From contig NC_068991.1 in NCBI RefSeq assembly GCF_001194135.2, positions 59,813,422 to 59,877,421 of the forward strand: DNA of 64,000 nucleotides, read 5' to 3'. The notes under the pieces were generated by a model. The model was not told where the DNA came from. It searched no databases and saw only the letters and a program-made list of their open reading frames with translations. Numbering within the stretch: the first letter of the stretch is position 1; the number at the start of each line of letters is the position of its first letter. Of the stretch, positions 24,700 to 35,245 are shown piece by piece. The translations under genes and the position numbers were made by a program. This stretch comes from Octopus bimaculoides. Its lineage: Eukaryota.

Positions 24700-26400
24700 C
24701 TTCCTTATGGTGGGATGGTAGCGGCGTTTCGAGACTTAATTAAACCCAGTGCCATAGACAGTCCAATGTCGTACCTACCCCATCCTTTCTCAGAATGCAC
24801 CCTCCTTCCGACCCTGCGTTATTTCCTCTATCCCTGCTTACCTTAGTGCCTGTCTAGATAGACATACATACACTCCTCACTCTCTCTCTCTCTCTCTCTG
24901 TCGTCACTCCAGACATGCCGGCTTATCACGTCTATCGCACCTAGCTCTCTTCCGGACCTACTTTTGTGTCTATGTGCAATTATATGTAAGTTTGTGTGTG
25001 TGTGTGTGTAAGTCTGCGCGCACGCGCACCCGCGCGATATTACCATGTGTGTTCCTGTGATGGCGAGGGCATGAGTTTAGTTACAATCCCGGTAAATAAG
25101 GAATATTCTCTTAGTAAATGTGAGTATAAAAAAGTTTCTCTCTGTATGTTTGTATGTAATTATACGCAGTGTGCGCGCGCTTTGGGAGCATGATAGAAGG
25201 CTATATAAATTTCTAGCAATGTCTATGTATATTATTATATATACACAGGCGTATACATGCTGGGGAACAGTTTAGATACTCATGTAAATGAATCAAAAAT
25301 AGATTTATTTAGAGAAACCATTGGAGGTTGTGACAATTGTGTCATTCTTTCTGTCTATGTATATATATAAATGATACAATTTTCATCTACGTCCTGGAAT
25401 ACGAAACGTAAATATAACGCTCACAGCTAAGCACGTGTTCTTTTTGTTTTGTTGTAGATCTTGTATGATAATATAAGAGTTGTGAATTTCTGTCTCTGTA
25501 TTGTGTTGTATTGAATTCTGGATGAATGGAGATCGCATTTATTTATTTATTTATTTTTTCTGGACACTTTCGTATGAAAGAAAACCAGTATTACTTTGTG
25601 TATGTATGTATGCGTCTGTACACGCCGAGATACTTTCAACCCCTACCTCCATTCCTGTGTCAGTCTCTATCGCAAATAGAGAGAAAGCAGGAGAGAGAGA
25701 GAGAGAGAGCTCTAAGGTCTAGTGGAGTGATGAGGCCGTTGTAAAGGCTAGACGGACTTCGTCGTTGTTGTTATAATAATAATAATAATTATTATTAATA
25801 ATGAATTGTAATGTATCGAATAATGTCGGCGCCATGTTCCTTGGCCTGTCTTGTGTAATGTCGGTGTCTGTTCTAAAGGCGGAGAGGACATTGCAGGGGC
25901 TGTATGGAAGAGGATGACAAGGACCCTATGGGTTTAGACAGAGAGAGAAGAGGAAGAAAGAAAGAAAGACAGGAGGGATGTTTGTGTTGGTTGAAGAAGA
26001 GTAAGTGCTGGTGCGCTTTTACGAAGAATTGCTAGGGATGCATGGTGTGTGTAATTAGCTGACCGTGGTCTGATGGCATTCTAGCCTACCAACGCCATCA
26101 CCATCACTTCATTGTCACCCCATCATCACTATAACTGATGATGATGATTATTATGCTGTTGTTTACTCCTCGGGTTCAACCAGATCGATAACCATTCCTA
26201 CTCCGTGTCTCCGTCTCTGTAATTTAGGCCTTCTCTGTCTGTCTGCCTGTCTCCTTTAGCCCCACCCTCCCTCATCAACTGTCCGCCTGTCCACCACAGC
26301 CAGACTTTGCACCATTGCGACTGCAATGTCTGTTTAATAACTTCCAAATAAATTGAATTGTATTCACACACTCCACCACAGGATGCGTGTTTAAGGATGA
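24700..26400. promoter_or_regulatory. CpG-retaining, promoter-like region with a YY1-type motif and unpaired splice donors
   Basis: CpG-rich relative to neighbours. GGCGCCATGTT at 25828-25838 matches YY1 CGCCATNTT. Minus-strand donor AAG|GTAAGC at 24841 and plus-strand GTAAGT at ~24986. Confidence 0.3.
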
Positions 26401-26419
26401 ATTGTCTGAAGAAGTGTAC

Positions 26420-26474
<55 letters not shown>

Positions 26475-27234
26475 CGTATGTCTTTGTTGTATAATAACAG
26501 TTCAACTCAAATCGAGTAAACATGTGGTTAAAAATATTTCAAACCGTGACCATCCCGCCTATTTTTGTATAGTAGTGACTACATTATCCAATTTGTTTTC
26601 TTGTTAGATGATAAAATGATTTGAAGGTGATTTGACTGCTACTTCTAGCTGGTCGAACGACCACGACGTAGGGCTCCCTCATCAGATCGTGTGTGTTTAT
26701 ATTGTTAAATGAAACTTATTAATTATACATTCCATTTTCGTTTCCAGATATGCTTCTGAGAATCACACACACAAACACACACATGCTTTGTGGTCATCTA
26801 CCAACTCTAGGTATTTTGGTACCGAGGTATAGTAAAAATGAAAGAAGGGTACCAAGAAATTGTAAACTTGAGCACCAACAAGGAATGAATTCACTGTTCT
26901 CGAATATCCAGCTGGGTGGGCATTGTTGGAGATAGGGTGTCTAATCTGTCCATCTATGAACCTGTATCACGTGTGTTCGTCTGTGTAATGAGGGCTAGAT
27001 GTAGAACTGGTTCTGGCTCGCTTTTCTCCTTATACGTACAGAAAACGGTAGAGACGGACTATATGTAATCTGAACCTTTCCCCCTCTTATTTATTAATTT
27101 TTTTACGGAATCCCACGTTTTAGGCTATGGAGATTCAGATTCTGAAAAAAAATTGTTTGAAAAATTTCTACCCCCCCCCACCAAGCAGGCTATTTACATG
27201 CTAGAAATAACAGCCAAATCTCACAAAACTAGTG

Positions 27235-27263
27235 TTAGGGTTAGGGTCAGGGTTACGGTTAGG
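27235..27263 (+). repeat. Short telomere-like (TTAGGG)n variant tract at a gap edge
   Basis: TTAGGG TTAGGG TCAGGG TTACGG TTAGG followed by N x712. Confidence 0.7.
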
Positions 27264-27975
27264 NNNNNNNNNNNNNNNNNNNNNNNNNNNNNNNNNNNNN
27301 NNNNNNNNNNNNNNNNNNNNNNNNNNNNNNNNNNNNNNNNNNNNNNNNNNNNNNNNNNNNNNNNNNNNNNNNNNNNNNNNNNNNNNNNNNNNNNNNNNNN
27401 NNNNNNNNNNNNNNNNNNNNNNNNNNNNNNNNNNNNNNNNNNNNNNNNNNNNNNNNNNNNNNNNNNNNNNNNNNNNNNNNNNNNNNNNNNNNNNNNNNNN
27501 NNNNNNNNNNNNNNNNNNNNNNNNNNNNNNNNNNNNNNNNNNNNNNNNNNNNNNNNNNNNNNNNNNNNNNNNNNNNNNNNNNNNNNNNNNNNNNNNNNNN
27601 NNNNNNNNNNNNNNNNNNNNNNNNNNNNNNNNNNNNNNNNNNNNNNNNNNNNNNNNNNNNNNNNNNNNNNNNNNNNNNNNNNNNNNNNNNNNNNNNNNNN
27701 NNNNNNNNNNNNNNNNNNNNNNNNNNNNNNNNNNNNNNNNNNNNNNNNNNNNNNNNNNNNNNNNNNNNNNNNNNNNNNNNNNNNNNNNNNNNNNNNNNNN
27801 NNNNNNNNNNNNNNNNNNNNNNNNNNNNNNNNNNNNNNNNNNNNNNNNNNNNNNNNNNNNNNNNNNNNNNNNNNNNNNNNNNNNNNNNNNNNNNNNNNNN
27901 NNNNNNNNNNNNNNNNNNNNNNNNNNNNNNNNNNNNNNNNNNNNNNNNNNNNNNNNNNNNNNNNNNNNNNNNNNN

Positions 27976-28024
<49 letters not shown>

Positions 28025-29438
28025 CTATATGCAGAGTTGAGAAAAAAATCGGCATGTTAACATTTTACAGAAACGGGGTTTTTTTTTGTTCCCTCTATCC
28101 TTATTACAAGGAACTAAAATATAATAGATTGGTCATTGTGTACGTTGTTAGCATTTAACTATTGTAATGATAATATCAAACAAAACGAACTATCCTCTCC
28201 TCACCCCCAAAACACACATACACACACACACATATCCCTTGTATTTCAACAAGATATTCTTACAGAAAATCAATGTGATTTAAATCTGAAGCCTGGCAAC
28301 ATTTGAAACAAAAGCTAGAAAATGTCGGAATTAATTGTGGTCAGTGTTATTTATTTAGTGACTTGGTCCTAAGTCATATGGCATTTTGTGTGTGCGTGTG
28401 TGTGTTTGGTATAATGGTAGTTGTTGTGGTGCTGGTGTCTGGAGGTGAGTGAGCTGTGACGTTCCCATTTTGGAAATAGGTAAGATAAGCTAGGTGTGAA
28501 ACACCTATTCTTGAAAGCTATTTCATTCCAACATGGGAATTAACTATAATGGTTGACTGTTCTTTGTTAGCTTATGTTGGATGAAAGTATTTGTAATAGT
28601 GGTGGTGGTGGTTATGGCATTGGTGTTGTTAATGGTGGAATGTCGATGTCGATGGTAATAATAGTAGTGGTCATTGTAGTCTTGGAGTGGTAGTGAAATC
28701 GGGTGATGGAGGCGGTGTTGTTTGTAGCAGAAGCAGGAATTTCTAATAACGTCATGTTTAGCCCCTGAACAATTTTTGACCGAACAGATCTATCTATCTA
28801 TCTATCTATTTATCCGTCTGTATGTATGTATATTTATAGGTATGTGTGTGTGTGTATAATATATATATATAAAGCGCTCCAAAGCCNNNNNNNNNNNNNN
28901 NNNNNNNNNNNNNNNNNNNNNNNNNNNNNNNNNNNNNNNNNNNNNNNNCGTGTCGAGCGAGCATTTAGAGGCTCCCTGTTAAATTTTGTGTTGGTTATTG
29001 TTGTTGGTGTTTAGATCTTGGTCATTTCTGAACGAGCAGAACCATGATCAAAGGCATTCTACGAACTACCATTCCTGTATTTTTAAACTCAAAAATATCC
29101 AATATCTGCCATTTATTTAAGACGGTAGGGTGTGGTTTGAGGGAGATTTGGCTGTTATTTTTAGCAAGTTAAGTGACCACGTACAGGCTGCCTCTTTGGC
29201 CGATGGAGTGGCGATAGTGAACAGGAGGTGTAGTACTGTTGTGATGGTAATATTGGTAGTGATAGTTAGGTTAATGGTGGTGGTGGTGGTAATGATGGTA
29301 GTTGTGTATTTTTAGCCGACATGCATGGATGCAGAAGAGTATGGTTGTAGATGATGGCTCACCACATGTGTAAATGTGTGTTGTACGTAAGTCATACATG
29401 CATTTATGTATGTATGTAAGGTAACATAACATACAATA

Positions 29439-29471
<33 letters not shown>

Positions 29472-29994
29472 ACATCGCGCATCTATGCTATTTTGTTCAA
29501 GTGAGGGTGGAGAGAAAAGGAAGATAGCAAGGTATAAGGAAGGAATAAAAGAGAAAGCGAGGCTGAGAATGAACGAGGGTAAAATAGAACGAGACTTTGA
29601 GACAAAAAAAAAACAAACTCGAGATATAAACAGAATCAGATAAAAAAAAAAGGCAAATATATATACATTTATACATACGAACATACGTGTTCGTTTCACA
29701 CACGCGCGCACGCGCATATATATTTGTTGAGAATATGAATGAGAGATGGGGTTTGGCGGATGATTTAGATAAAGGAAGATAATTGGACGTAAGCAGATCG
29801 ATACAGATTGATAGATAGACAAGTAAAAAGGTAGATCGATAGATAAATGGTTAGTTATAACGGAGGAAAGCAGAAATAAAAAAAAATTGTAAAGGACAGA
29901 TCGATAAAAACAGGGTTTGTGGTGGCGGTGGGGTGGGTGTCTGAGAGGGGGAACAGGCACAGAAAAGATAGAGAAACAAGTGTGTCTGTATGAA

Positions 29995-30054
<60 letters not shown>

Positions 30055-30504
30055 GTGTGTATATATGTTTATGTATATATATGTGTGTGTATATATGTTT
30101 ATATATGTGTATGTATATATATATATATGTGTGTGTGTGAATGGTGCGTATCAGCACACCGAACATACACATGTATGCGCGCACACGCCTTCAAGGGTTA
30201 GCGGTAGAGAGAAAGGGAGCGAGAGAGAGAGAGCTGGGTAAGGGAGAATCGTAGCTGTATTATTATTATTGTTGTTATTATTATTATTGTAACGTTGACA
30301 TTCATTCACACAAGGCGAACCATTCTGTTGACATTCTTTTACCCTCCCCCAATACGAACTAGTCTTCGGCACGGATTTAACCTAAATATTGCATAGCATA
30401 CTAGCAACTAGGTTTTTACTGATTTTATTGGCCGATTCCTCCCTGATTTTCACCTTATATTAAAAAGTCAAAACGAACCCCTAAGGAATGCATCTTATGA
30501 TAGT

Positions 30505-30548
<44 letters not shown>

Positions 30549-30795
30549 TTCTTGTTCCATATTATATTTATTATTATTAATAGTAGTACTACACGTTACT
30601 TTTGGCCATAACAGATGATTGTACATTTAAGAATTCTGAGCCTCTGTTTAATTCTCTTTCTAAAACGTTTGCATGCGGGATCGCTGGATTCACCCCCACC
30701 CCAATATGATTCGTCCATGAATGATGAGACTATCCTGCTAGCGTGTGTGGTTATATGTGTATACATAATTAGGTATATGTGTGCATGGATATGAT

Positions 30796-30830
<35 letters not shown>

Positions 30831-31529
30831 NNNNNNNNNNNNNNNNNNNNNNNNNNNNNNNNNNNNNNNNNNNNNNNNNNNNNNNNNNNNNNNNNNNNNN
30901 NNNNNNNNNNNNNNNNNNNNNNNNNNNNNNNNNNNNNNNNNNNNNNNNNNNNNNNNNNNNNNNNNNNNNNNNNNNNNNNNNNNNNNNNNNNNNNNNNNNN
31001 NNNNNNNNNNNNNNNNNNNNNNNNNNNNNNNNNNNNNNNNNNNNNNNNNNNNNNNNNNNNNNNNNNNNNNNNNNNNNNNNNNNNNNNNNNNNTATATATA
31101 TATATATTCTCTTATTACAATTTGAATGACTGGCCTGGCTCTTACGAAGGGTTTTCTCACTGTATTTCTTCAATATTTTTATCCCTCTGCTTTACTTTCG
31201 ACTAACATGCAAGCTATTCTACTCTTCTCTAAAATATGTGCCTTCAGAGGAAGTTAAGTTGGTTGTTGCTCGAGAATAGTAGTATTAGGTTAACGTTGGC
31301 TTCTTTTGCTTTATTTTCTTTGCCTTTCCTTTTCCTTCTTTTCTTTTCTTTCTTTTTTTTTAGGCTACTATAGCAACCTAACCAACGAAACTGCTGTCTA
31401 CCATGTGTACAAAAATTGACATGTGTTTTCTCAAAAGCTTCTCCCCCTACTTCATGCACATTAACACACACACACATGCATATGTGTGTATAATACATGT
31501 GTGCACGTATGTATGTATGTATGTATGTA

Positions 31530-31571
<42 letters not shown>

Positions 31572-32059
31572 CATGGTTTTACTGTTAATTATTTACTTTT
31601 CCATAAGAGCATGGGTCGGACGAAATTTGTTGAGGCGGATTTTCTACGGCTGGATGTCCTTCCTATCGCCAACACGCATCTGTTTCCAAGTGTGTGTGTG
31701 TGTGTGTATTGTTTTATTGAGGCTGAAAAAAACAACTTCACAGACATACAGATCCACTGTTATACACATAATATGCAGCACAGTCACACAAAGCAGAAAC
31801 CTCGCAATTTGACAAATATAGGTCATTGAAATAACTCAGAAATAAACTAAAAACTTCCAAGTGAGGCCCCAGCATGACAACAGTTGTATGACTAAAACCA
31901 GTAAAAGGATAAAAGTTTATGTGACATTTGCTATCTCTTTCCACTTGTTTGTTTTGCTCCTTTCTTTTCTCCTGTCCCATAAGCACAACTACCCTTTCTC
32001 TTTACAAGTTCCTGTTCCCTTTCAGTCATTCCCTTTTTTAGCCTTTTATTCTTTTACTC

Positions 32060-32475
32060 TTTTACTTGTTTCAGTCATTTGACTGCGGCCATGCTGGGGC
32101 ACCACCTTTAGTCGAGAAATTCGACCCCAGGACTTATTCTTTGTAAGCCTAGTACTTATTCTATCGGTCTCTTTTTGCCGAACCGCTAAGTTACGGGGAC
32201 GTAAACACACCAGCATCGGTTGTCAAGCGATGGTGGGGGGACAAACACAGACACACAAACATATACACACAAACATATACACACACATATACACATATAT
32301 ATACATATATACGACGGGCTTCTTTCAGTTTCCGTCTACCAAATCCACTCACAAGGCTCTGGTCGGCCCGAAGCTATAGTAGAAGACACTTGCCCAAGGT
32401 GTCACGCAGTGGGACTGAACCCTGAACCATGTGGTTGGTAAGCAAGCTACTTACCACACAGCCACACCTGCGCCT
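32060..32475 (-). mobile_element. Near-intact family A SINE
   Basis: Complete head (GGCGCAGGTGTGGCTGTGTGGTAAG...GGTTCAGTCCCACTGCGTG), central (CA/TA)n and tail GACTGAAACAAGTAAAAGAG. CpGs retained. Dozens of more decayed copies lie across the window, e.g. 15080-15650, 22905-23235, 33465-33810, 37165-37545, 55725-56140 and 60200-60610. Confidence 0.85.
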
Positions 32476-32614
32476 ATGTATTTTTTTTACTGGTTGTATA
32501 TCTTTTCTTTAATGCAGAATGGCACTCAACCAATTTCCTCTCTGCATCACTACATCACGCAACAACTCAGCTTTGTAGTGTCATTTATGTCGAAAGACCA
32601 TAAACGCGCGCACG

Positions 32615-32880
32615 CGTGCTGGTGCCATGTAAATAGTATTGGTGCTGGTGCCACGTAAAAAAAGCACTGGTGCTGGTGCCACGTAAAAAAAGCACTGGTG
32701 CTGGTGCCACATGAAAAGGTGCTGGTACCATGTAAAAAGCACTGGTGCTGGTGCCACATAAAAAGCACTGGTGCTAGTGCCACATGAAAAGACACTGGTG
32801 CTGGTGCCACATGAAAAGACACTGATGTTGATGCCACATAAAAAAGCACTGGTGCTGGTGCCATGTAAAAAGCACCCAGT
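32615..32880. repeat. ~27-bp minisatellite (about 10 units) expanded inside a family B SINE
   Basis: Unit AAAAAGCACTGGTGCTGGTGCCACRT. A single copy of the same motif occurs in other family B copies. Confidence 0.85.
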
Positions 32881-33808
32881 ATACTTTGTAAACTAGTTGG
32901 CATTAGGAAAGGTATCCATCTGTGCCAATGCAAGGCATTAGGGCCTGGTGCAGCTCCTGGCCTTACCAGTTCCTGTCAAACCATCCAACCCATGCCAATA
33001 CGGAAAACCGATGTTGTGGATGATACTGATGACATCCTCTTTGTTTTTTCTGTTCTCTGTACAGCTTGTTCAAAATTTATTGTTGGTTGAAAGACTATAT
33101 TTTCCTGTTTGGTTTTTCTAATTTTTTACATTACTGTTTTTCTGTGAATATTTTTCTGCCTTTCTTCATTTTTCTCACCTATTCCTCTATACTTTGGTAG
33201 CTTCCATGTTGCCTACTTGGCCAGATGAAACAATATTTTCTGGATGCATTGAAATTATGATGATATTTGGTTGGCAGGTGATGATGGGTTTAAATGTACT
33301 TGTATTAATGGGCATTCATTACACACACGTGTGTGTATGTATATATGTAATGTGTGCGTGTATACACGCACATACGCACGCACACACACACACAAACATA
33401 CCTACCATACTCATGGTATATATGTATTGTGTGTGTGTATATGTATATATCTTGTCTCATTTATCTTTTACTTGTTTCAATCATCAGACTGTGGCCTTGC
33501 TGGAGCACTACCTTGAAGAATTTTAGTCAAATGAATCGACTCCAGTACTTATTTTTTTAAATACCTGGTACTTATTCTATTATCTTTTGCCAAACCACAA
33601 AGTTGTGGTGACATAAACCAACACTGGTTGTAGAATGGAGATGAGAGACATACAAACACACACACACAACAAGCTTCTTTCAGTTTCTGTTTATCAAATT
33701 CACTGACAAGACTTTGATTGGCCTATGACTTTTGTAGAAGACACTTGTCCAAAGTGCCACACGGTGGGACTGAACCTGAAACCATATGATCAGGATGCAA
33801 ACTTCTTA

Positions 33809-33847
33809 CTATGAAGGCTAGAAAAATCCAAAACCTCAGTCACTGTC
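33809..33847 (+). ncRNA. Decayed hammerhead motif
   Basis: CT(-)ATGA-AGG...CC-AAAAC-CTCA-GTC-ACTGTC. G5 is lost and G12 is mutated. It shares the downstream GTCACTGTCAA(C/T)ACT tail with the 50.8-kb copies. Confidence 0.4.
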
Positions 33848-34526
33848 AACACTCTTGTAAAAATATGATAAATATGTACTCTACAAAAAGTATTGAGTAA
33901 TCCCTTAGTTTAATGCAAAATTGCTTTTATTGTAACTCATCATAAAAACAAATGTGTGTGTGCATGTTTATAAATATATGCATAATATATATATATATAT
34001 ATATGTATGGTATGAGTGTGTATGTATATACATACATACACACACACATACATACATACATACAAGTAACTGTGATATCTTCTAATAATTTTCTTAATAA
34101 ACCTCTATCCTTGTCTCACTACTGTTTATTCCAGTAAAATTCTGTGTAGAGGGAATCCAGGACACCAACAGCCTGCTGCTGCTGTTGGTGATGCTGCTAC
34201 TACTAATCTACAATATTTTTACCATCACTAAATTGTCTTCGCCACATTCCTCTTACTATTCTATTTTACCTTAAATTTTAGAAGCCTACCCTTACAGTTT
34301 TTGAATGTCTTAAAGGATTGATGTGCATATACTTATGGCCCATGGCCTGAGTTAGTATTCTGTAATTATATATAATTAATGGTGTAAATTTGTTGACTGT
34401 CTGCCAGGGATCCCTAAATCAAGATGGAACGATGCAAAAATCTTAGCATGTTTCCTTAGACCTTTCTTTCTCTTTCTCTCCTCCCTCTCTATTTTCTTCT
34501 TCTCTCCTCTTCTGTTTTGCTTTCAG

Positions 34527-34642
34527 AATCTCAGAAAGAAATTGTCATAGAGGTCAACACATTCTGTGCCCGAGCTTGGCACTTTACCAAAATCAGTTAG
34601 ACTTTTAGAGTCATGTCAGCCTATTAGAACTCCAAGCTTCAT
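34527..34642 (+). other. Candidate exon, probably non-coding: strong splice sites but stops in all frames
   Basis: ~80-nt pyrimidine tract ending TTTGCTTTCAG, donor AT|GTATGT. Frame 0 has one TAG at 34548. Confidence 0.4.
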
Positions 34643-34774
34643 GTATGTCTTCATCTTATTTTTGGCCAAATTACAGTTTTTTACCTTCATCATTATAATA
34701 GCCTAACTTACATCTGCTGTGGCAACTTATTCATCAGAAAGTAATACAGTGCAGAGAAATTTTTGTGCTCTGGT

Positions 34775-35245
34775 TTGTTGGGTGAAATTTGATGGAAATT
34801 TGACTGTTGTGTTTACCATGTCAAATCATTGCAGAAGGTATATACTCTGCCCACACCTGCACAAATAATCTGTTTTTATTAACTGTTCCACAGATAGAAA
34901 ACTTTGCAAAGACTATTTTAGGAAGTAAAATTAAATCCTAAAGGAAAAGAATTCCTGTGGTCTTAGCAGATGTCTAAAAGTATCTATGGCAGAGCTAAAC
35001 CAAGTAACACTTGAGTACATTTTATTATCATCTGGTTAATGTTGAGTGAAATTTGAGTGGGAATTTGGCTGTTGTTTTTACCAGGTCAGACAACAGTGGA
35101 AGGTATAAATTCAACATACACAGATAAACTGCTTTATTAGCTGTTCTGCAGAGAGAAAATATTCTATAGATTATTCCTGGAGGTAAAAATAAACCATGAA
35201 GTAAAAAACACCTATGGTCTGAGAAGATGTTTAATAGTATCTATC
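34775..35245. repeat. Diverged local tandem duplication (two ~210-nt copies, ~265 nt apart)
   Basis: TGAAATTTG...GAAATTTGACTGTTGT...GAAGGTATA...AGATGT(C/T)TAA(A/T)AGTATCTAT occurs twice. Confidence 0.7.

Noticed and set aside
25724-25836. Minus-strand ATG GCG ORF MAPTLFDTLQFIINNNYYYYYNNN...
   Set aside because: Only 38 codons, crosses an (ATT)n repeat and ends without a donor. Kept only as a YY1-like motif.
26660-26692. Minus-strand CTGATGA-GGG-AG-CCC (also lone CTGATGA at 76-82 minus, ~55205 minus and CTGACGA at ~52328)
   Set aside because: No GAAA follows stem II. The words occur inside other repeats or by chance.
23157-28158. ORFs of ~290-340 aa in the track (also at 9.9, 30.7, 37.9 and 60.2 kb)
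   Set aside because: They span N gaps and (TA)n tracts, so they are artefacts.
31365-31425. Strong acceptor followed by GYYSNLTNETAVYHV
   Set aside because: No credible donor before the stop, and the acceptor is just the end of a T-rich simple repeat.
32615-32880. CRISPR-like periodic ~27-bp repeats
   Set aside because: No unique spacers and no cas genes, in a eukaryotic SINE context.
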